Below are positions 13,305-27,457 of a stretch of 64,000 nucleotides of DNA, in pieces. A model generated the notes under the pieces. The model was not told the DNA's origin and did not search any database. It saw nothing but the letters and a program-made list of their open reading frames with translations. The stretch is from Eledone cirrhosa. Lineage: Eukaryota. Made by a program: the position numbers and the translations under genes. The stretch's first letter is position 1, and the number at the start of each line of letters is the position of its first letter. The stretch lies in the NCBI GenBank assembly GCA_964016885.1, contig OZ024741.1, positions 208,692,001 to 208,756,000 on the forward strand. The letters are read 5' to 3'.

Positions 13305-14048
13305 ATGTGCATAACGTAGTATCGGCCTCCCAACCACTAAATTGGAGACGGGTATTACACAACCCACCTGTACTGTTATCCCAACCTATCCATAGTATAC
13401 CTGGTACCCACAATAAAAACTGTAACTGCCACCTACCAGAAAGATGTCCATTGAAGAATAAATGCCTAAAGTCCAACATTGTTTATCAATGCACTGTCGA
13501 ATCGAACGACCAGAAATGGTATTACATCGGGTCTACCACTACCTCCTTTAAATCTCGCTGGTATCGTCATCGAATTCTCAATTAAACATCCTAATCACCG
13601 TTTTGTGACCACGCTCGCCAATAAGACCTGGCAACTCCGTGAACGCAACCAACAGATATACTTTCCAGCGCTAGTGCATATCGGAGTGGATTGAAGTACT
13701 GCCGGTTATGTAACCTTGAACTCTTTTACATCTTAAAATCCAAAATTAAATTACTAAATGACAGAATCGAACGATCATTATACTGCAACCACAAACTGAA
13801 GGCTAAATTATCTCACTATAAAATAACTTAACATTCGAACCCGTAACTATAACATTGCTTTCTCACTAACTACTTTCTCTTAACTATATCCCCCCACACT
13901 ACAAGACAATACCCTGCTTATCACTATAAATGGATACTTAAGTGCAATTTGTAGCCTACAAATATGAACTCAATGTACACCCATCCCATAGCTTTCGTCT
14001 GTCCCCTCTCTATCTCTATTTCTTCCTCTCTCTCCATTCCTCTCTCTT

Positions 14049-14087
<39 letters not shown>

Positions 14088-14376
14088 CTCGGTCCACCTC
14101 CCTCTCTCTCCACATCTATGAACCTGCCCTCTGTGGCAATAAATAATTCCAACCTTAACTATCAACGCATCGCTTAAGGTTGCCGCTTTGAGAGTAACCA
14201 GTATAATAAAACCCCTACCAGAACATTTTGATTAAGATATCTGTACTCTACAAACCACTCTCTCCCATTTCTCCAACCCCTGCATATCTCTCTCTCTATC
14301 CCTCCCCCTTCTTTCTCTCTTCCTTTTCTACCCCAATAACTTCCCTTAAGGGTATTTACATTTTACATTTTAAACC

Positions 14377-14500
14377 ATTCTGCTCTGAGGAAACAGTGGT
14401 AACACCATTTGATAATTGAGTTTTGCAAATAGTTATAAATTTGCACATAGCATATCTAGGCTGTATAACCACTGTGGAAACATTTGTAAGCACACGGAAT
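14377..14500 (+). ncRNA. type I hammerhead ribozyme with long stem II
   Basis: UGCU-CUGAGGA-a-ACAGUGGU...ACCACUGU-g-GAAA-CAUUUG-UA-AGCA, followed by AATAAA. Confidence 0.85.
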
Positions 14501-14539
14501 AAATTAGCTTTTTATGATGTCTATCTGTTATTATTCATT

Positions 14540-14597
<58 letters not shown>

Positions 14598-14599
<2 letters not shown>

Positions 14600-15745
14600 T
14601 ACCTGACGTACCCAGCTTCGCCCGGGTAAACAGATGATAAGAGAAGACAAGTAAAAGAGAAAATGACTGTATTGGATGTTTGTCTGGTCACAGTATGAGG
14701 CGAGTCCGTGGTGTCTGTGTGATACAGAAAACAGTAAAAAAAATATCTTCCAAATATACCATATGTTTCGTTGTACCGTTTGTGCATAGTATATGAACAA
14801 TTCTAGGTGCTCCCACCTAGAATAGCGACCTCTAGGAGATGGTTCATCTTCTTCCTGACTGTAAAACGTGTATCATTACATAGACGTGGTTGTTCCACGT
14901 TTATCAAAAGGATGACGGAAATTCCAATCTTTTATATTATATGTAGATATAGATATAGATAATTAATATAAAAGATGATGCTCAGCCAGTTCGTCTTCAA
15001 CCATCGCAGCACGCCGTCGCTGCTTCGCTCCAGTGTTTCGTTGGCGTTGTTCAGCCAGCTCCTCTTCATTCATGACGGCACATCTTCGCCTCTGAAGTTC
15101 GGCGTTCCGATGGAGCTGTTCGGCCCATTTTTCTTCATTGCTGGCTGCACGCCGTCGCCGCTGTAGTTCACTGTTTGATAAAATCGAATTGCTTTTATTA
15201 TCAGTATTCATTTCGAGCAATTGTCAAAACATGACACAATAATAAATATAAAAGATGTCCGTCAATGTAAAAAAAAGGTCCCTATTTACTCCTTTCACAA
15301 CTCTGTGTATGTTATACTGACAGACAGGCACACAGACAGATAAACTGCGTGGCGATTGTGGAACGCCCCCCGTACACACACATACACGCATGGAAACGCG
15401 CACACGCACGCAAACTTACACACTCAGCCGTGCACTTACACACACTTACATACTCACACATGTTGATAGTTTTTACTTTCTGTGGAACGCTGCACGCACG
15501 CACACACACATAAGCATACGCGCACGTACATACACACGCACACATGGTAATAGTTACAGCGTTCACTTTGCCTCTCCCTTTCTTACTCTCCCTCTCCCTC
15601 CCTCATTAGCATAATGCGTATTAATTTAAGTTTCGTATCGTTGAGGTGGGTGGGGTCATTTGAAACCTATGAACCAATGATAATCGAGAATGATGACACA
15701 CGGAATACTGACGTTGTTGAAATTAATATATATATATATATATAT
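14598..15745 (-). mobile_element. non-autonomous Helitron-like element
   Basis: Minus-strand 3' end ACCCGG-gcgaag-CTGGGT hairpin then ...GTAG|T (CTAG-like). R/E-rich repeat ORF 14963..15220 resembles Rep/Hel N-terminal repeats. Sits in (TA)n with no TSD. Confidence 0.6.
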
Positions 15746-16440
15746 ATATTAATTTCAACAACGTCAGTATATATATATATATATATATAATTATACAACA
15801 TAGAAAACAAACAAATTTGTGTTTAATGCATTTAATTGCTAACGACTGTACTACACAATATTATCCTTATCATATTTATAATTATATATTGATTCTATAT
15901 ATAAGTATAAATATTATTACTACTATTATTACCGAACTTGAACCGGAAATCAATTTTGGCTGATAACTTACAATATCTATCGTCATTGAAATATGTATAA
16001 CGGCTCAATTAATAAACGACCCTAACATCTTAAACTTCGCATTTTCCTCTTTATTATATATATATACTACTCGCCGACAGGCACCAATCACAACCTTTCT
16101 GACTTGACGACTAGCCACGTGACAATTCTTAGCCATTTTGAATTCGTTTCTGGCGAAGATCATTTAAGAAAAATCTTTGTCCAATTGAGTTTTCTCCTGA
16201 TGATTTAGAAACTCGTTGATTTATCCAAGATCGGATATTTCCAAAAAGCGAATGAAAGAGATATAGTTGATGATTTTGGTATGGGGTGGGGGTTAAACAT
16301 TGTTTTGTACAACACCGTAGCGTATGTTATTCACAACAACGTGTTACTTAGGTTCTTAACGTTGATTGATGTTTTGACTGGTACACACAAATCTCATGCA
16401 ATTTAACGCCAGCACCATTTTTGATGGTAGATGTCATATA

Positions 16441-16626
16441 ATTGTTTCTACTTTTGGCACAAGGCCAGCAATTACCCAGTACATTACTGGTGTTTTATTT
16501 TATCGACCCCGTAAGGATGAAAGGCAAAGTTAACCTCGGCGGGATTTGAACTTAGAATGCCAAGGGCCGTAACTCTATGCGTCAAAGCATGGCGTCTGAC
16601 TCTCTACCGATACTGCTAATCCACCA
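16441..16626 (-). mobile_element. tRNA-derived SINE with TSD
   Basis: A/B-box-like head and core GCCTTTCATCCTTACGGGGTCGATAAA. AGATGTCATATAAT is duplicated on both sides. Confidence 0.9.
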
Positions 16627-16881
16627 GATGTCATATAATGTTGCCCTTTGATAGCTTTAACAGGTTTCACTATGGTGGACTCTATTAAAGATACCCAAGG
16701 TCCTGGATAACAAACAATATATTTCCCCATGGCTCGTGGTTGCCTTAAACTGGGATCATTAGAGAGGTGGACTTAATCTGTCGCCTAGTTTGACGCTCCA
16801 TTGGGTGTCTTTAACAGAATTCACTAGTCTCTTGGAGGAGGTTTAGCCGTTAATTATAGCAGGTCCAGCAACCATGTAGAT

Positions 16882-18992
16882 CAAAGGTTCTCAACGAGGG
16901 GCATATGCACCCCGGGAGGCGTTTTAGAACTGGGGGGTGGGTGCGGATTTTTTTTTTTTGGGGGGGGGGCTGGAAGGCTCTTTACTTTGGTAACTTTTAT
17001 AAGCCATATTTGTATGTCTTTGAGACAGCCAGTGTGAATGCATTTGAATGAGAATGCAGACAGCATAACTATGGTCTGACCGCAGCTGTCAGTAGGTATG
17101 CAGGCGTGTCAAGACATTAACCGGCAATTGAGATCCTAAAAATGGAAAAACCCGCAGTCAACTGGGTCAAGGACGCTTTGAGCGCAGCCAGTTAGAATCT
17201 TGTCTTTCCGTCACCGATAACAATGTATTTCATGTTTCTCAACCGTAACGAATTAACACTATGTAGATCTATTTTATTCCCTATTGTATAAATAATATTA
17301 CAAATAAATAAAAGAAAAGAAAAACACAGAAGCGGGTAGCACACACATCTAGGACCACATACAACACATAATCAGATAATACACACATCTATGACCACAT
17401 ACAACACATAAGCAGGTAATACACACATCTAGAACCACATGCAACACATAAGGAGGTAGAACACACATCTAGGACCACATACAACACACAAGCAGGTAAT
17501 AAATACAGCTGGGACCACATGCAATACATAAGCAGGTAATACCTACATCTAGGACTACATACAACACACAGGCAGGTAATACATACATCTAGGACCACAT
17601 ACAACACATATTGTATCGTGCTACGGACGACGCAAGAGCAATAGTCGGCCAACATAAGGGTTTCGTCATTCTTCTGAAGAGAGAAAATCTATCTGTATTT
17701 GCTGTTCATTGTGTCATTCATCGACAACACTTGGCTGCGAAGAAACTCAACGAGCCGCTGAGCAAATCCTTGCAGGTGGCCATTAATGTCATCAATTTTA
17801 TCAAACGGCATTCCCTCAATGAACGAATTTTCCGGCAATTGTGCCAAGATAATGACGAAGAATTTGTCAAGTTGCTCCTTTATACTGAAGAGAGGTGGCT
17901 TTCAAAGGGCAAGTGCCTTACTCACTTTGTCTTAACTCTTCGACTCTATCATTGAGTTTCTGCGAGGACGCAACACAGAACTGTACAAGAAAACCCTCGA
18001 TGTGAGGTAAGACTGCGCCTACCTCGCCGACATCTTCAACAAATGCAATAGCATCACTTTGGCTTTGCAGGGGAAGAAGATCACCTTGCTTAAAGCAAGG
18101 AATGCTGGGAAAACATTCCTGGCTAAATTGAATGTCATCGAAAGGAATCTTTGTCGACAGGAATTCTATAATTTCCCTAGTGTCGCCAATGTTCAAAACA
18201 TTGTAAGCGATGACCAACTCCAAATGTATACCACTCACCTCCGTGCGCTACAAGGCAACATGAGAGAACAGTTTGTCGACCTTTTGCCGATGGACATCCC
18301 AATGTGGATAGCAGATCCCTTCATAGCTAACGTCGACGATTTGGACGTTAAGTTTCAGGAATAATTCATTGAACTTCAAGTAGATGACATGATCAAAATT
18401 AGATTTCCGGAAATAGGGGAACCCCTTTTTGGGATGCAAGGGGAAATTCAGCGTCGATTTCCACTCCTATATTTTACCATTTATTAATAAATATACCCTC
18501 CCGCGTGGTAATGAAAACCCTCTTCTGTGGTATCTAAGCTCACAAAGCAGAGATACCAGGACATCAAGTTAGATATCAACATTTATTCTGTCCGTTTCAT
18601 TAAAGGGAAAATTGGAAAGCTTTAAAATGATATAATTGCCACTTTCTTCCAGATAAGAGCACTCTTTGGACAGACAGATTTGCTCTTGTAAAAATGTTCA
18701 AAATAGCTGGTAACGCCTGGTGGGAATATAACAAATTGAACTGGTCCTTATTCATAAAAAAGAACATTTATATTCCTTTTTTTTTAAATTTATATATTTC
18801 CTTTCAAGGAATGTATTTATACTCTCAGCTGCCTGCAATGGTATCTTTGGAATATTGTTAATTTTTCAGTAATCTACTGATATCAAAATCAGTAGTATAT
18901 TAAAAAATGAAAAAATAGGGTGGGGGTGGGGGCGTTTCGTGATTTCGAGGGACAAAAGGGGGCGTTTGGCCTAAATGGGTTGAGAACCTGTG
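16882..18992 (+). mobile_element. hAT (Buster/Charlie-like) DNA transposon, defective
   Basis: TIRs CAAAGGTTCTCAAC / GTTGAGAACCTGTG. Perfect 8-bp TSD ATGTAGAT with central TA. Transposase pieces at 17611-18470 (HCVIHRQHLAAK, RWLSKG). Confidence 0.93.
17335..17612. repeat. ~40-bp minisatellite inside the hAT element
   Basis: About 7 copies of ACACACATCTAGGACCACATACAACACATAAGCAGGTAAT. Confidence 0.9.
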
Positions 18993-19689
18993 ATGTAGAT
19001 GAGTGTAGAATGGTGTAGTCTCTTTGTCTTATTCCGCTGCGAGAAAAAGGGGAATAATCTAACTCTTCCCATTCCGTTGTTAAAATAGAATGAAACAATC
19101 AAATGAAACACGAGTCATATAGTTTACTCTTTTTCTGTCTTTGCTGAAATACATAAAAAAAACACAAATGTTTACATATGCCAGTATATTTATTTACACA
19201 TTCACGCAGCATTTGCTTAAATGTTGAACTGAGTTGTGTAGCTTGCTTGAAGCATTGTTGAATAGGAAACACAGATTTAAATTTTGAAGACCAACACAAT
19301 GCGTTATGAAGATTTAAAATTGCCAAGAAAACAAAAGAATCTTACCTTACCAAATTTAAAGATCCCAAGGGTTTAAAAACCCTTTATCAAGAGAGTGACC
19401 CTATAAGAGATTTAAAAATCGATCCAATAGACTTGTTTGTATGGGAGCAGATTTAAGTGAAATGAAATGAAAAGACGTTAAAATGTCAAACGTGCGAGTT
19501 GTGAAATGTATGTATATATACATGTGTGTGCATGAATGTTTGTATGCGTATGCATGAATATAAGTTTATGTAGTGAGTGCGAATATGTATATAATAAAAC
19601 GGGAAAAATATGTGTGCGATATATGTATGTGTGTGTGTGAGTCTCAGTGTGTTTGCCTAGTGAGGACATAGATTTAATTTGAAAGAACG

Positions 19690-21180
19690 AAAGGATGAAA
19701 CTGGCTGCTGGGATGTTGGAATACAGGCTTTTAAATTAGACATTCTGGTGCACTTCTTTCCATTCAATTATTGATCCTAGGTTTTAATTGCTTGATGAAG
19801 AAATCTTCCTTAATTTTCAGTGTGCCTATACTGCGTTCGGTAGCTAAGATTGTGGTGGTGATGCTGTCCCGGTTCCCACATTTGATGATGCGTTTGCGGA
19901 AGGAAGAGGAGTTGGTGTTAACATGCTCTTTAATATGGACATGTAACGGTCGAATAGTGCTGCCTATGTAAAATAGATTGCACTCGTTACATTCTAGCCT
20001 GTATACTACGTGGGTACGTTGGCAGCAATTAGTGTTGCAGATAGGGCTAGGGTGTGTCCGTTATCCTCGTTGGGAGGTTGTCTTGTAGCGAGGCATCTTC
20101 GCAGGGAAGGTCCAGAATGAGCTAGTTTGATATTGAGACCCTCTCTTCTGGTGGCTTTGCGTATGGCGTCGGTGGTTTCCTCGCTGAGATGTGGAATTTT
20201 GAAGAAGCAACTATTGTTTGTGTTGGTCTGGGGTTTCGTCGTGGGGTGGAGAAGGAAGCTGGGTAGCCGTTAATCTCTAGTACCTTGTGGAATCGCCTGA
20301 TATGGGTGGCTCTATTAGCAGCATCGCTGTATCGGTTGCGTATGCGAGCCATTTCGAGCTGTTGGGGAGGGCAGATTTGTAATGAACAAGCAGGTCTCTG
20401 CTGGCCGCTTTGCGGTAGAAATCGGTGTGGGTTTCACCCCTATCAGAGATGTTCAGTCTGAAATCAAGTAGAGCGAAGGAGCCGGAGTCGGTAGGTTGTT
20501 CGATGGGGAACTTGATTTACTGTCAGCATTGTTGAAAGATTTGAAAATCTTGTTGGCATTCTTCTTGGTGGATGTGAGGATGAGTATATCATCCACATAT
20601 CTAGTGAAGAAAGCGCAGGTGTCGCAGGAACTGACTACTCTGTTCAAGCCTGTTAATATATGAAATGGCTAGTAAAGCCGAGAGACTGGATCCCATGGGT
20701 AGTAGGTAGGTTTGTCCCAGGAAGTTGAAAAAGGCGTTGTTTACAATGATGGATAGGAGCTGGTGGATGTCGGTGATGGTGAGGCTGAAACAATCCAGGT
20801 CGCTGAAACCGACACATTCAGTGAGTATGTCCACTGCCGGGAGTACTGGTACCGATGTGTAGAGGGATACTACATCTAGGCGTAAACAACGAATTGGCGA
20901 ACCACCCCCGAACCTCTATCCTCTATTTTCTGTTTGTGTCGCCGTAATCCTATTAACTTATATAACAAATTTTGCAATCCACCCTGATGAAATCACCTAA
21001 GCTTTGCATCATGATCGAATGATGAAACTGGGCCATTGAAAGACGTATAGTGTTTTCGCAAAAATAAAAACTCAAAGGATGTTTCCAGTCCAACCTTGTA
21101 TTGTTTTTAATTGAATATTTATCTCCGTTCCCTCACCGGCCATGTGTTACCACATTGGTAAACAACACAACTGAAATGGA
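19690..21180 (-). mobile_element. degenerate Penelope-like element with an inverted pLTR at its truncated 5' end
   Basis: Minus-strand LDVVSLYT, LPMGSSLS, RYVDD and GIY-YIG (VYRLECNEC..YIGST) at 19690-20880. Plus-strand HHR + AATAAA segment at 20881-21180. Confidence 0.82.
20970..21063 (+). ncRNA. type I hammerhead ribozyme with long stem II
   Basis: UUUUGC..CACC-CUGAUGA-AAU...CAUCAU(gaucga)AUGAUG...AUU-GAAA-GACGUA-UA-GUG..GCAAAA. Stem I is imperfect. Confidence 0.7.
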
Positions 21181-21211
21181 ATATAATATAATATAATATA
21201 ATATAATATAA

Positions 21212-21243
<32 letters not shown>

Positions 21244-21799
21244 CTTACAGTAAACAAGTTGACAAATGTATAATAACGCAATTCAATTAAGCACTCAACG
21301 TCATGTATTTTCTTCCAAATATGATTTGTCAGTTAGTGACGGAGTAAATGTAGAATAAGAAAGATGCAAAGTTTGGTGTAGATGTTATAAAGTCCTTTAT
21401 TAACAAAGCTGTGATACTTATTTCAATGGCAATCGTAGCAACGTGATTGTTCAATCATAGGTCCGAGCCAATTCAATCAAGGGAACGGAGAAGAATGATG
21501 TTTCTATAGCCAAAATCCGTCCCCTTGGGAAACGCAGCCTTATTATATAAGATGCTGTCTGATGATATCGTGTCACTATGCTGAGTTCATAAAACTCTCC
21601 TTTCGCTATCTTCGTGGTTGGCCACCTTCCCAGTTCTCCTAGTCGGTCCCAGGTGCTTACCACCAGGCTCGTTGGATGGTTAAGACTATATGTGTGGTCC
21701 AGGTAGTTCTTTTCAATGAATAACTTAAGCTTACACCATGTGAGTCGGGAGATCTACAAAAGATCATTTACTTTGTAACTTTGGAATATGTAAAATTCT

Positions 21800-22330
21800 G
21801 GAATGAAGCAATGGTTCCCAGATGGATTCCAAAGATTGATCTAGATTTGATGAAGCTGCTACGAATGTATCCTAACCAACAGGTCGGAACTGTGGCGGAG
21901 AAGGTCCTTCAAATTCATCTGTGGTATTGTCAGAAGAGTTTGTAGAATTGGCTTTCTTTAGCAAAAGACTTTGATTGGATGAAAAGAAAAAAATATTCCA
22001 AAATCTAACAGAGGAATAAAGAAGTGGATGAAGAAAGTTGAAGGGTAAGGAATGTTTTTTTGGCAACACAGAACTGAGTGACTTTGTTACGAAGAAAACA
22101 AATAACTTTTTTCTATCTGCTCGACATTGTCACAAACAATTTGCATTTTTGCACTGACAGCGATATCAAAAGATTTGTTGATGCTCTGAAAGTTGTGAAT
22201 AACACTGCTGAATAACGTATGTATCTTATAAAGGAGTTTAATGATTTTACGAAGAATGAAAAGCAGGAACAGTTCCTCTTCGATATTGCTGTGGAACAAA
22301 GGAAACAAGTGCCCCAGAGGATAAAGAGAG
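21800..22330 (+). pseudogene. DNA transposase relic (hAT-related C-terminus)
   Basis: Manual translation from 22183: ALKVVNNTAE*RMYLIKEFNDFTKNEKQEQFLFDIAVEQRK, resembling the VVND.AERG motif. Confidence 0.5.
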
Positions 22331-22601
22331 CTTAATATTTTTACTCCTGACTTATTTTCATTTCATTGAATTCAGTAAAGTGAACAGAAAGGGCAATATA
22401 TTACAGACCAGATCCAAAAGTTCGTCATGAATAAAATGATGTGAAAGTGTGCATTCTTTAAATATTATTTGATTTACCTATAATTCGACATATTTCGTTA
22501 TTTCCTCAAATCAAACACGGGCGTAATTAAATGATGTTTCATCCACTTCGTTCTAAGGACTTGCTCCTGTGCAGTTAGTAGCATTTCCTCTGTATTATAA
22601 T

Positions 22602-22700
22602 GACCCTTAGAGACGGATAAATGTTTCCTCGGCACTTAGTAATTTTCGAATTTTCCAAATTACTAAGTGCCGAGGAAACATTTTTCCGTCTCTAAGGGTC
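22602..22700. repeat. near-perfect 44-bp-arm hairpin carrying the 3' half of an HHR
   Basis: Arms 22602-22645 / 22657-22700 with one mismatch. Outward-reading GAAA-CAUUUA-UC. Confidence 0.85.
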
Positions 22701-22759
22701 TTTATCCAATTTTTATAAGCTATTGTATAGCAACTGGTTGTAATTGCAGTTATTTCCTG

Positions 22760-25290
22760 CATCTGAGCTTCCTACATCTTAGTAGATAGGTTGCGTTTGA
22801 ATTCGAGTTTTAGCAATCGGAAGGTACATGGATAACTACCTGAGGAGTTAAGTGATCAGAGTATTTGCACCAGTTATTGGATTCGACCTACGATCGGGAG
22901 GATATTATTTAACTAAAATAAGAGTTTAGCCAAAATGAATGCCGAGGATTTTAGGAAGGCTTGCGGTGAGTTGTGCAATTGCGGAAATTTTAGGTTCTGT
23001 AACCAGACACGTAATTACTTGTGATTTGAATATAGTTGAGAACAAGGATCTTAAGTGGCTCATGATGAAAGGAACTAAATTTAGGGAAACTGTAAGGACT
23101 TACAGGTCTACGATAGATAAGTTGGAATCAATTGATGATTTCGTGGTTAGGTTAGATTTGAAATTTGGCTTTGCTAGTGAGGTGTTCGATGAAAGTATAG
23201 GTTAAGAGAGTTTGGCACGATGGCGCAGAGGCTGTGTATACTTAATTGCCTGAGGTGAAGCAATTTTTAAGTGGGTTTCACAATAACTACATCATCTCAC
23301 CGGCGAGGAATTTCGTTATAATATGCAAAAAATACTACTTGTCGGTTTTAGCTAGGGACTTACAAGATGATGTTAGTTATAATGTTGGTAGTATGAGTTA
23401 AGACCTGGGTTAACCTATGAGTTAAGACCTGGGAATGTTGATCAACTGGTAGAGAAACTTAGGTATGAAGTGGAGGATCTGAATGGAAACTAGCTCGCTG
23501 CTGGGGAATTTATCTTTATCTTCCTGACCTCACCGACCAACCGGTGTGGGCACCGTTTGAGACAGGCCTTCCCACAACTTGTCTCGCTGACGGAGCTGCA
23601 GTCCTGGGTCAAGCGAAGACTGAAGAAGATGGGCGCCTGGCACATTGAATGCGCCCAGGCGCTCACAGTCCTCTGGCAAGTGGGCACAGCAATCAGTGGA
23701 GACTCCACTTCGACATTCTATAGAGAGTTAGTACTTTACAAGTGCGACAAAGTGCTCGGGGAGACTCTAGGCGTCCAAGACGACGAGCTCACCAGTCTAT
23801 TCGGTAGGACTTTCCGCCCGGGACCTATGGACAACTTCCAGAGGTCCCTGGCCTGGCAGTGCTACCGAGGAGCTCTACCCGTTCGAGACAATATCTACAA
23901 GCACGGACGCCCCGGCAGGGATCCATCCAGGAGAACGTGTCCTAGATGCGAGCAGGACATTGAAACCGTCTTGCACGCAATTGTACACTGCCTGGGCGTA
24001 AGCGACCTGTGGAACTATGCAGAACAACTGCTGTCGCGTATGTGACAAATCTAGTTGACTGCCGAGTCCATAGTAAGGATCAAACTGCCAGCCTCCTTCA
24101 AAAATGAAAGAGAGGCGGTTTTCCTCTGTACAGTGGCTATGGTGAAAGAGGTTATATGGTGGATGAGATTGAGAGGACTGAGTACAGATGCCTTTCTCTC
24201 CGGACAACAATTGATTCCCTTCTTTAAGTATCACTTTAGAAGAAGAATCAGAGTGGAGAGCGAGGCACTGCACCCCAGTAAATTTACTAAAAAGTGGGTG
24301 AATGAAGCGAAAATAGCCCGAGTGATTAGGCCTTCTCTGTTTATAAGCCTGTAGGTTAAAGAAGAGAGCAAAAGGAAGAAGGGAGCACTTGCACAACACG
24401 CTCCTGAAGTTGAGGGTTGTTCTATCGACGGGTATTAAACAACCCATTTGTGGCGCTTCCTCCCTATTGGGGAATTCGATTGTTATAATTGTTTGTTTCA
24501 ATATTTTTACACGACTGTATGTAAAATCCCCGGCATGTGTCTTTGTATTGTCCCCTTTTCTTGTGCGCCCTTGTGGAAAATAAAGAAATATATCTATAAA
24601 AGTTAAGGAAACTTAGAAGAATTGGCCTGATTAGGCAGTTGGATGGATGTCGTAGGTGTATTGATGTATTTGTTCCTAATTACGGGCATTTCGAAGTCTT
24701 CCTACACAAAATCTATTCGAAGAAGAAGGGATGCGACGTTAGCAAGGTTAATTATTTAGAACTCACTATCGACAGAATAAGACTAAGGATTTTCGCTTTA
24801 AGGTAGCTTGGATGTCCTTTGCAACAAACTGCACGCTAATGTATTTAGGATAGTGTTTTCCAGTCAAAGTATACGTTATGGCGGAATATTTTTACCGAAA
24901 TTTCTTAAAACATATGGTAAAACAGAGATACGAAGAACAATTTCTGATACAGCATTTTTGTCGGTGCTCGGTGTTGAAGGGAGATTCTAAGAAGATTCAG
25001 GGTTATTTTAAGTTTGCAAATGAAAAGCGTATGGCTGGAAAATTAATTTTATTCACATTGAAGTCAAGTCTAGGAAAATTTAGCATATTTACCTTGAAAT
25101 AGTAAATATAAAGGGATGAATAATTTAGCTGACATTGAGGTTGTAGAAATTTAGCTTGTTTGATTTAAAGAGTCATTCCTACTGATGATATTTAGCCGAT
25201 ATGTAAAAATGAGGGATTGACCAATTACCTTAGATCTTTTGGAGGAAGGACGGTTGTTGTGGATATTGATTCTTATGGAGAGTGACCCCC
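22760..25290 (+). mobile_element. highly degenerate PLE-like RT relic interrupted by a LINE
   Basis: HVITCDLNIVENKDLKWLMMKGTKFRE resembles the PLE N-terminal G.KF/Y motif. Similar decayed sequence resumes after 24590. Confidence 0.5.
23490..24590 (+). mobile_element. L1/Tx1-type LINE 3' fragment (zf-RVT)
   Basis: FQRSLAWQCYRGALPV...CPRC..DIETVLHAIVHC..LW. 3' AAATAAAGAAAT end. Confidence 0.85.
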
Positions 25291-25479
25291 CGGAAGTTTC
25301 CAGTTGCATCGAGCAATTTACATTTCAAATATGTGTATATATATATTGTATGACTTGTATGATTTGTTTGTTTGTGGGTGTGCGATCTTTCGGGGTGAGA
25401 TGCAGTCTTTTTCTTTGATTATACTCTTGTGCTGTATGTATCATAAGTTCGATAGCTTTCTATTTTTAGTGTTTCTGGC

Positions 25480-26330
25480 TGTGTAAGGTGTGATGTTTGT
25501 ATTCTTTTGCTGTATTTGCAGCTGTTGTGGCGGATGTAGGTTTTGCTTTATTTCAGATGTAGTTGGTGTCTGTGGTATTGTTGGGAGTGGGGTTGATGGT
25601 GTTGATGCAGGTGATGGTGGTGGTGGTGGTGGTGGGAGTGTATGTGTAAGTGTTTGTTGCCTTCTGAATTTGCTATTTTTTTCTCTCTTTCACCGTCATT
25701 TTTGGGAGCGAAGACAGGGAATTTTTTCCTTTTTTTTTTTAGAAGGGAGGGACAGACTGTTTTTCACTCCTCATACTCGTCCGAATCTAGGTCCAATATG
25801 TGATGTTGGGGAGTGACATGTCTTCCATAGGTGTTGATGTTGGTGGTGGCAGTTCTGTTGGTGCAGTTGTTGGTGGTGTTGGTCTTGCTAGTGCAGGGGT
25901 TGCTGTTTCAGATGTTAATTTTACTGTTGCTTATACTGGTGTTGGTATTGTTGTTCATCTTCTTAGTGTTGATGGTGTTGTTGTTGTCTACGTCTCGGTG
26001 GTTGTTCCTGGTGAGATTTTGGGTGTTGGTAGCAGAAGGGGTTTCCTCTGATTCCTTTTCAGTGTCGGGCAATAGGCTCTTAGGTAATTTGGCGAAAGAC
26101 AAATGTGACACTTGGCCTTCCGCCTTTCTACTCAATGGGTAGGATGATGCCACATAAGAGAGGTATCTGTTCTGGAGTGGCGTCTACATAATTTTGACTG
26201 GTTTGGATGAAGATTTCAACTACCATTCCCGACCAATTCATTTTTTTAGGCTTCGGGAAATTTTGAGTTTTCTTCGATGTCTACTGTGATTTCAGCCTTA
26301 AGCCAAGGAATGGTTATTTCAGGCGGTACC
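25480..26330 (-). pseudogene. possible LINE ORF1 relic with zinc knuckle
   Basis: Minus-strand translation near 26060-26125 gives GRP.CHICLSPNYLRAYCP, followed by T/N-rich low complexity. Confidence 0.35.
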
Positions 26331-26489
26331 TGCTGAACATGGATCCTTACTAGTCTCTGTCCGTAGTAGTAAGGGACTAGCACTACAGTAGTAATGGACT
26401 ACAGTAATGCTTAAGGCTGTATTGAAGGAGGGATAATAAACGAGAGGATATCCAAGAAAGAAGTAGCGACCATGATGAAGAGCAACCTG

Positions 26490-27300
26490 AATCAAAAAGC
26501 CCTTCATAGCATCTCCTTGAAGAAAACAGAATTCAGAGATCCGCAGATATGGGATTGGTTAAAGAAAGGGGAACCTTAAGAAAGCCACAGAGGAAATGCT
26601 ACTAACTGCACAGGAATAAGTCCTTAGAACGAAGTGGATGAAACATCATTTTGAGGAGCAGGAGGATAACCCGCTCTGGAGTAACTGTGGAGAGATAGAG
26701 GAAGCTGTGGCTCGCATCGTATCTGAGTGTAAATACCAAGTCCAAACGCATTATAAAGGATGGAGGCATGATATCATAAGAAAAGTGATCCATTGGCATT
26801 TATGCAAACTGAATAATTTCCCCGACTCTAAGAAGTTTTCTGAGCAGGGTCGGTGATAGAAAACGATCGAGTGAAGGTGCTGTGGAATTTCAGGATACAT
26901 AAAGAATTAGAATACAATAGGACTAACCTGGTGGTTTTGGAGGAAGAAAAAAGATTTTGCTTGATTATAGATTTAGCCTGCCCCTTTGACACAAGAGTAC
27001 AAGAAAAGGAGAAGTAGAAACTTAACAGGAACTAGGATGTGGGAATTGAAATGGATTTTGGATTGTCATGAGATAAAAGTCGTTCACATCATCAAAAGTG
27101 CACTAGATACTATCTCGGAGAATTTCCAAGTCTGGCTAAAAAACAATAACCTATCCCCTTTTTGGGGGTAACAGCAAGGACTCCTCGATATGTCCTGAAT
27201 ATCTGAGGCTACAGGTAGCGGCTTGATGTTCATTTGGGTAAATATTCCGATTAAATAACATCAATGACTAAGATATCAAATTCATGCTAAAAAAAAGATA
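26490..27300 (+). mobile_element. R4/Dong-like (RLE) non-LTR retrotransposon 3' relic
   Basis: CG..EE.V..IVSEC...RHD..RKVIHWHLC zinc finger and DLACP endonuclease motif. Ends at (TACA)n. Confidence 0.75.
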
Positions 27301-27457
27301 ATAATACATATATACATACGTACACACACACACACACATACATACATACATATATACATGCATACATACATACATACATACATACATACATACATACATA
27401 CATACATACATACATACATACATACATACATACATACATACATACATACATACATAC

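Noticed and set aside
17335-17612. CRISPR-like periodicity
   Set aside because: No unique spacers; eukaryotic minisatellite.
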